From: Phaeosaccion multiseriatum
Lineage: Eukaryota; Protista; Ochrophyta, other classes
Assembly (NCBI GenBank): GCA_965112735.1
Contig: OZ218953.1
Span: 3,906,001-3,970,000, forward strand
DNA: 64,000 nt
Reading direction: 5' to 3'
Shown: piece after piece, positions 63,090 to 64,000 of the stretch
Layout of the letters: every line of letters begins with the position of its first letter
How positions within the stretch are numbered: position 1 is the first letter of the stretch
Program-made: the position numbers and the translations under genes
The notes under the pieces: generated by a model
Told to the model about the DNA's origin: nothing
Databases searched by the model: none
Seen by the model: only the letters and a program-made list of their open reading frames with translations

Positions 63090-63965
63090 CTAATGGGGGC
63101 AGGAATGAGGAGAGTGAAAGCCGCTGGGTGCTGCCGCCGCCTGCCTGTGCAGCGGTATCACCAGCTGCCGCTGCTGCCCTTCCCGCTCAGCAACACCCAG
63201 AAGCCTCTCTCCCGTTTTGGCGAGCAGTGCGAAGAATAGCACTCCACCCACCACGATGGCCGCACTCGTTACGGTCAGGTGCGCGGGTGTATCGGTGCTG
63301 CGGCTGCTCCAGGGCCGGACAACAATCAAGGCCCCCACCAGCTGGGCCAGATCGGTCACGTAGATGGCCGAGGCGAGGGTCAGGCGGTGGAAGTGACTGC
63401 CCACGAGGGCTCCCAGCGGGGCGCCCAGGACCACCACGGGCACGCAAACGACAAAGAAGCTCCAGGCGTCGCTGGCCACGCCCTCCATGCCAAACTCGCG
63501 GTAGGCGAAGCCAATCATGGTGTTTCCGGCCATGAGTAGCACGCTGGTCGGGGTGGCAATCTTCTCGGACACACGGAAGAGCAGCGTGAGGCAGGCGAAG
63601 GAGCAAATGTCCAGACCGCTGCCGCTCATGGCGCTGAAAATGCCACCCAAGAAGCCGAAGGCGAGCAGCACGAGCCCCCTCCACCAGTTGGCGGGGAGAT
63701 TGTAGGCGCGGCCTTGCCAGCAGGGGATGCCATCGAAGACTGCCCTGCCGTGCAGCTTGTTGAGCCAGTACAGGCTGGCGGCAAAGGCGGCCCAGATGCA
63801 CACAAAGTACATTTTGGAGTACGGGGCCGTGAGCTGGGGGGCCACATGCTCCAGACCGAACACGATGCCCGCAGCGCCCCCGAGGGTGCCGTACAGCAAG
63901 GCGCGGCTCTCGATGCGCACGCCCATGATGAGGATGGTGACGGACGCCGCCGTCATGCCGGCACT
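63090..63965 (-). CDS. Sulfite exporter TauE/SafE family membrane protein (3' exon; 5' part outside window)
   Basis: Acceptor CAG at 63968-63966, then SAGMTAA, GGIFSAMSGSGLDI, SEKIATPTSVLLMA and VVVLGAPLG. Multiple TM segments. Confidence 0.8.
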   Translation of the reverse strand, partial: SAGMTAASVTILIMGVRIESRALLYGTLGGAAGIVFGLEHVAPQLTAPYSKMYFVCIWAAFAASLYWLNKLHGRAVFDGIPCWQGRAYNLPANWWRGLVLLAFGFLGGIFSAMSGSGLDICSFACLTLLFRVSEKIATPTSVLLMAGNTMIGFAYREFGMEGVASDAWSFFVVCVPVVVLGAPLGALVGSHFHRLTLASAIYVTDLAQLVGALIVVRPWSSRSTDTPAHLTVTSAAIVVGGVLFFALLAKTGERLLGVAEREGQQRQLVIPLHRQAAAAPSGFHSPHSCPH

Positions 63966-64000
63966 CTGCGGGCAGCGAGCGAGGGAGGGAGGGACGGAGG

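Overview
Gene-dense (about 3.4 kb per gene), GC-rich, intron-rich eukaryotic nuclear DNA. It most likely comes from a flagellated photosynthetic stramenopile (ochrophyte): two proteins carry signal-peptide plus ASAF-like plastid leaders, and the axonemal gene DRC9/IQCG is present. I reconstructed 19 protein genes by hand using GT-AG splicing: a CASD1-like SGNH protein (partial), phosphoglycolate phosphatase, DRC9, BIG/Sec7 ARF-GEF, an ER protein with SAM and two PA domains, histidine acid phosphatase, RAD5-like helicase, threonine aldolase, an EGF-PDI-like protein, PEX11, UFD1, PEX5, a small UMA-like/UBA-like protein, a HugZ/DUF2470 protein, ribophorin I, a JmjC protein, CDC45, an ARM-repeat protein and a TauE/SafE transporter (partial). 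No rRNA, tRNA, CRISPR or intact transposon was seen. The most notable items are: (i) a contiguous PEX11-UFD1-PEX5 block head-to-head with a candidate UBAP1-like ubiquitin adaptor; (ii) a signal peptide-SAM-PA-PA-KEEL lumenal protein; (iii) several recurrent upstream DNA elements; (iv) a ~1 kb (GACA)n tract that can be read as an in-frame first exon; (v) two adjacent homologous introns in RAD5. Domain calls are by eye, not from database searches.
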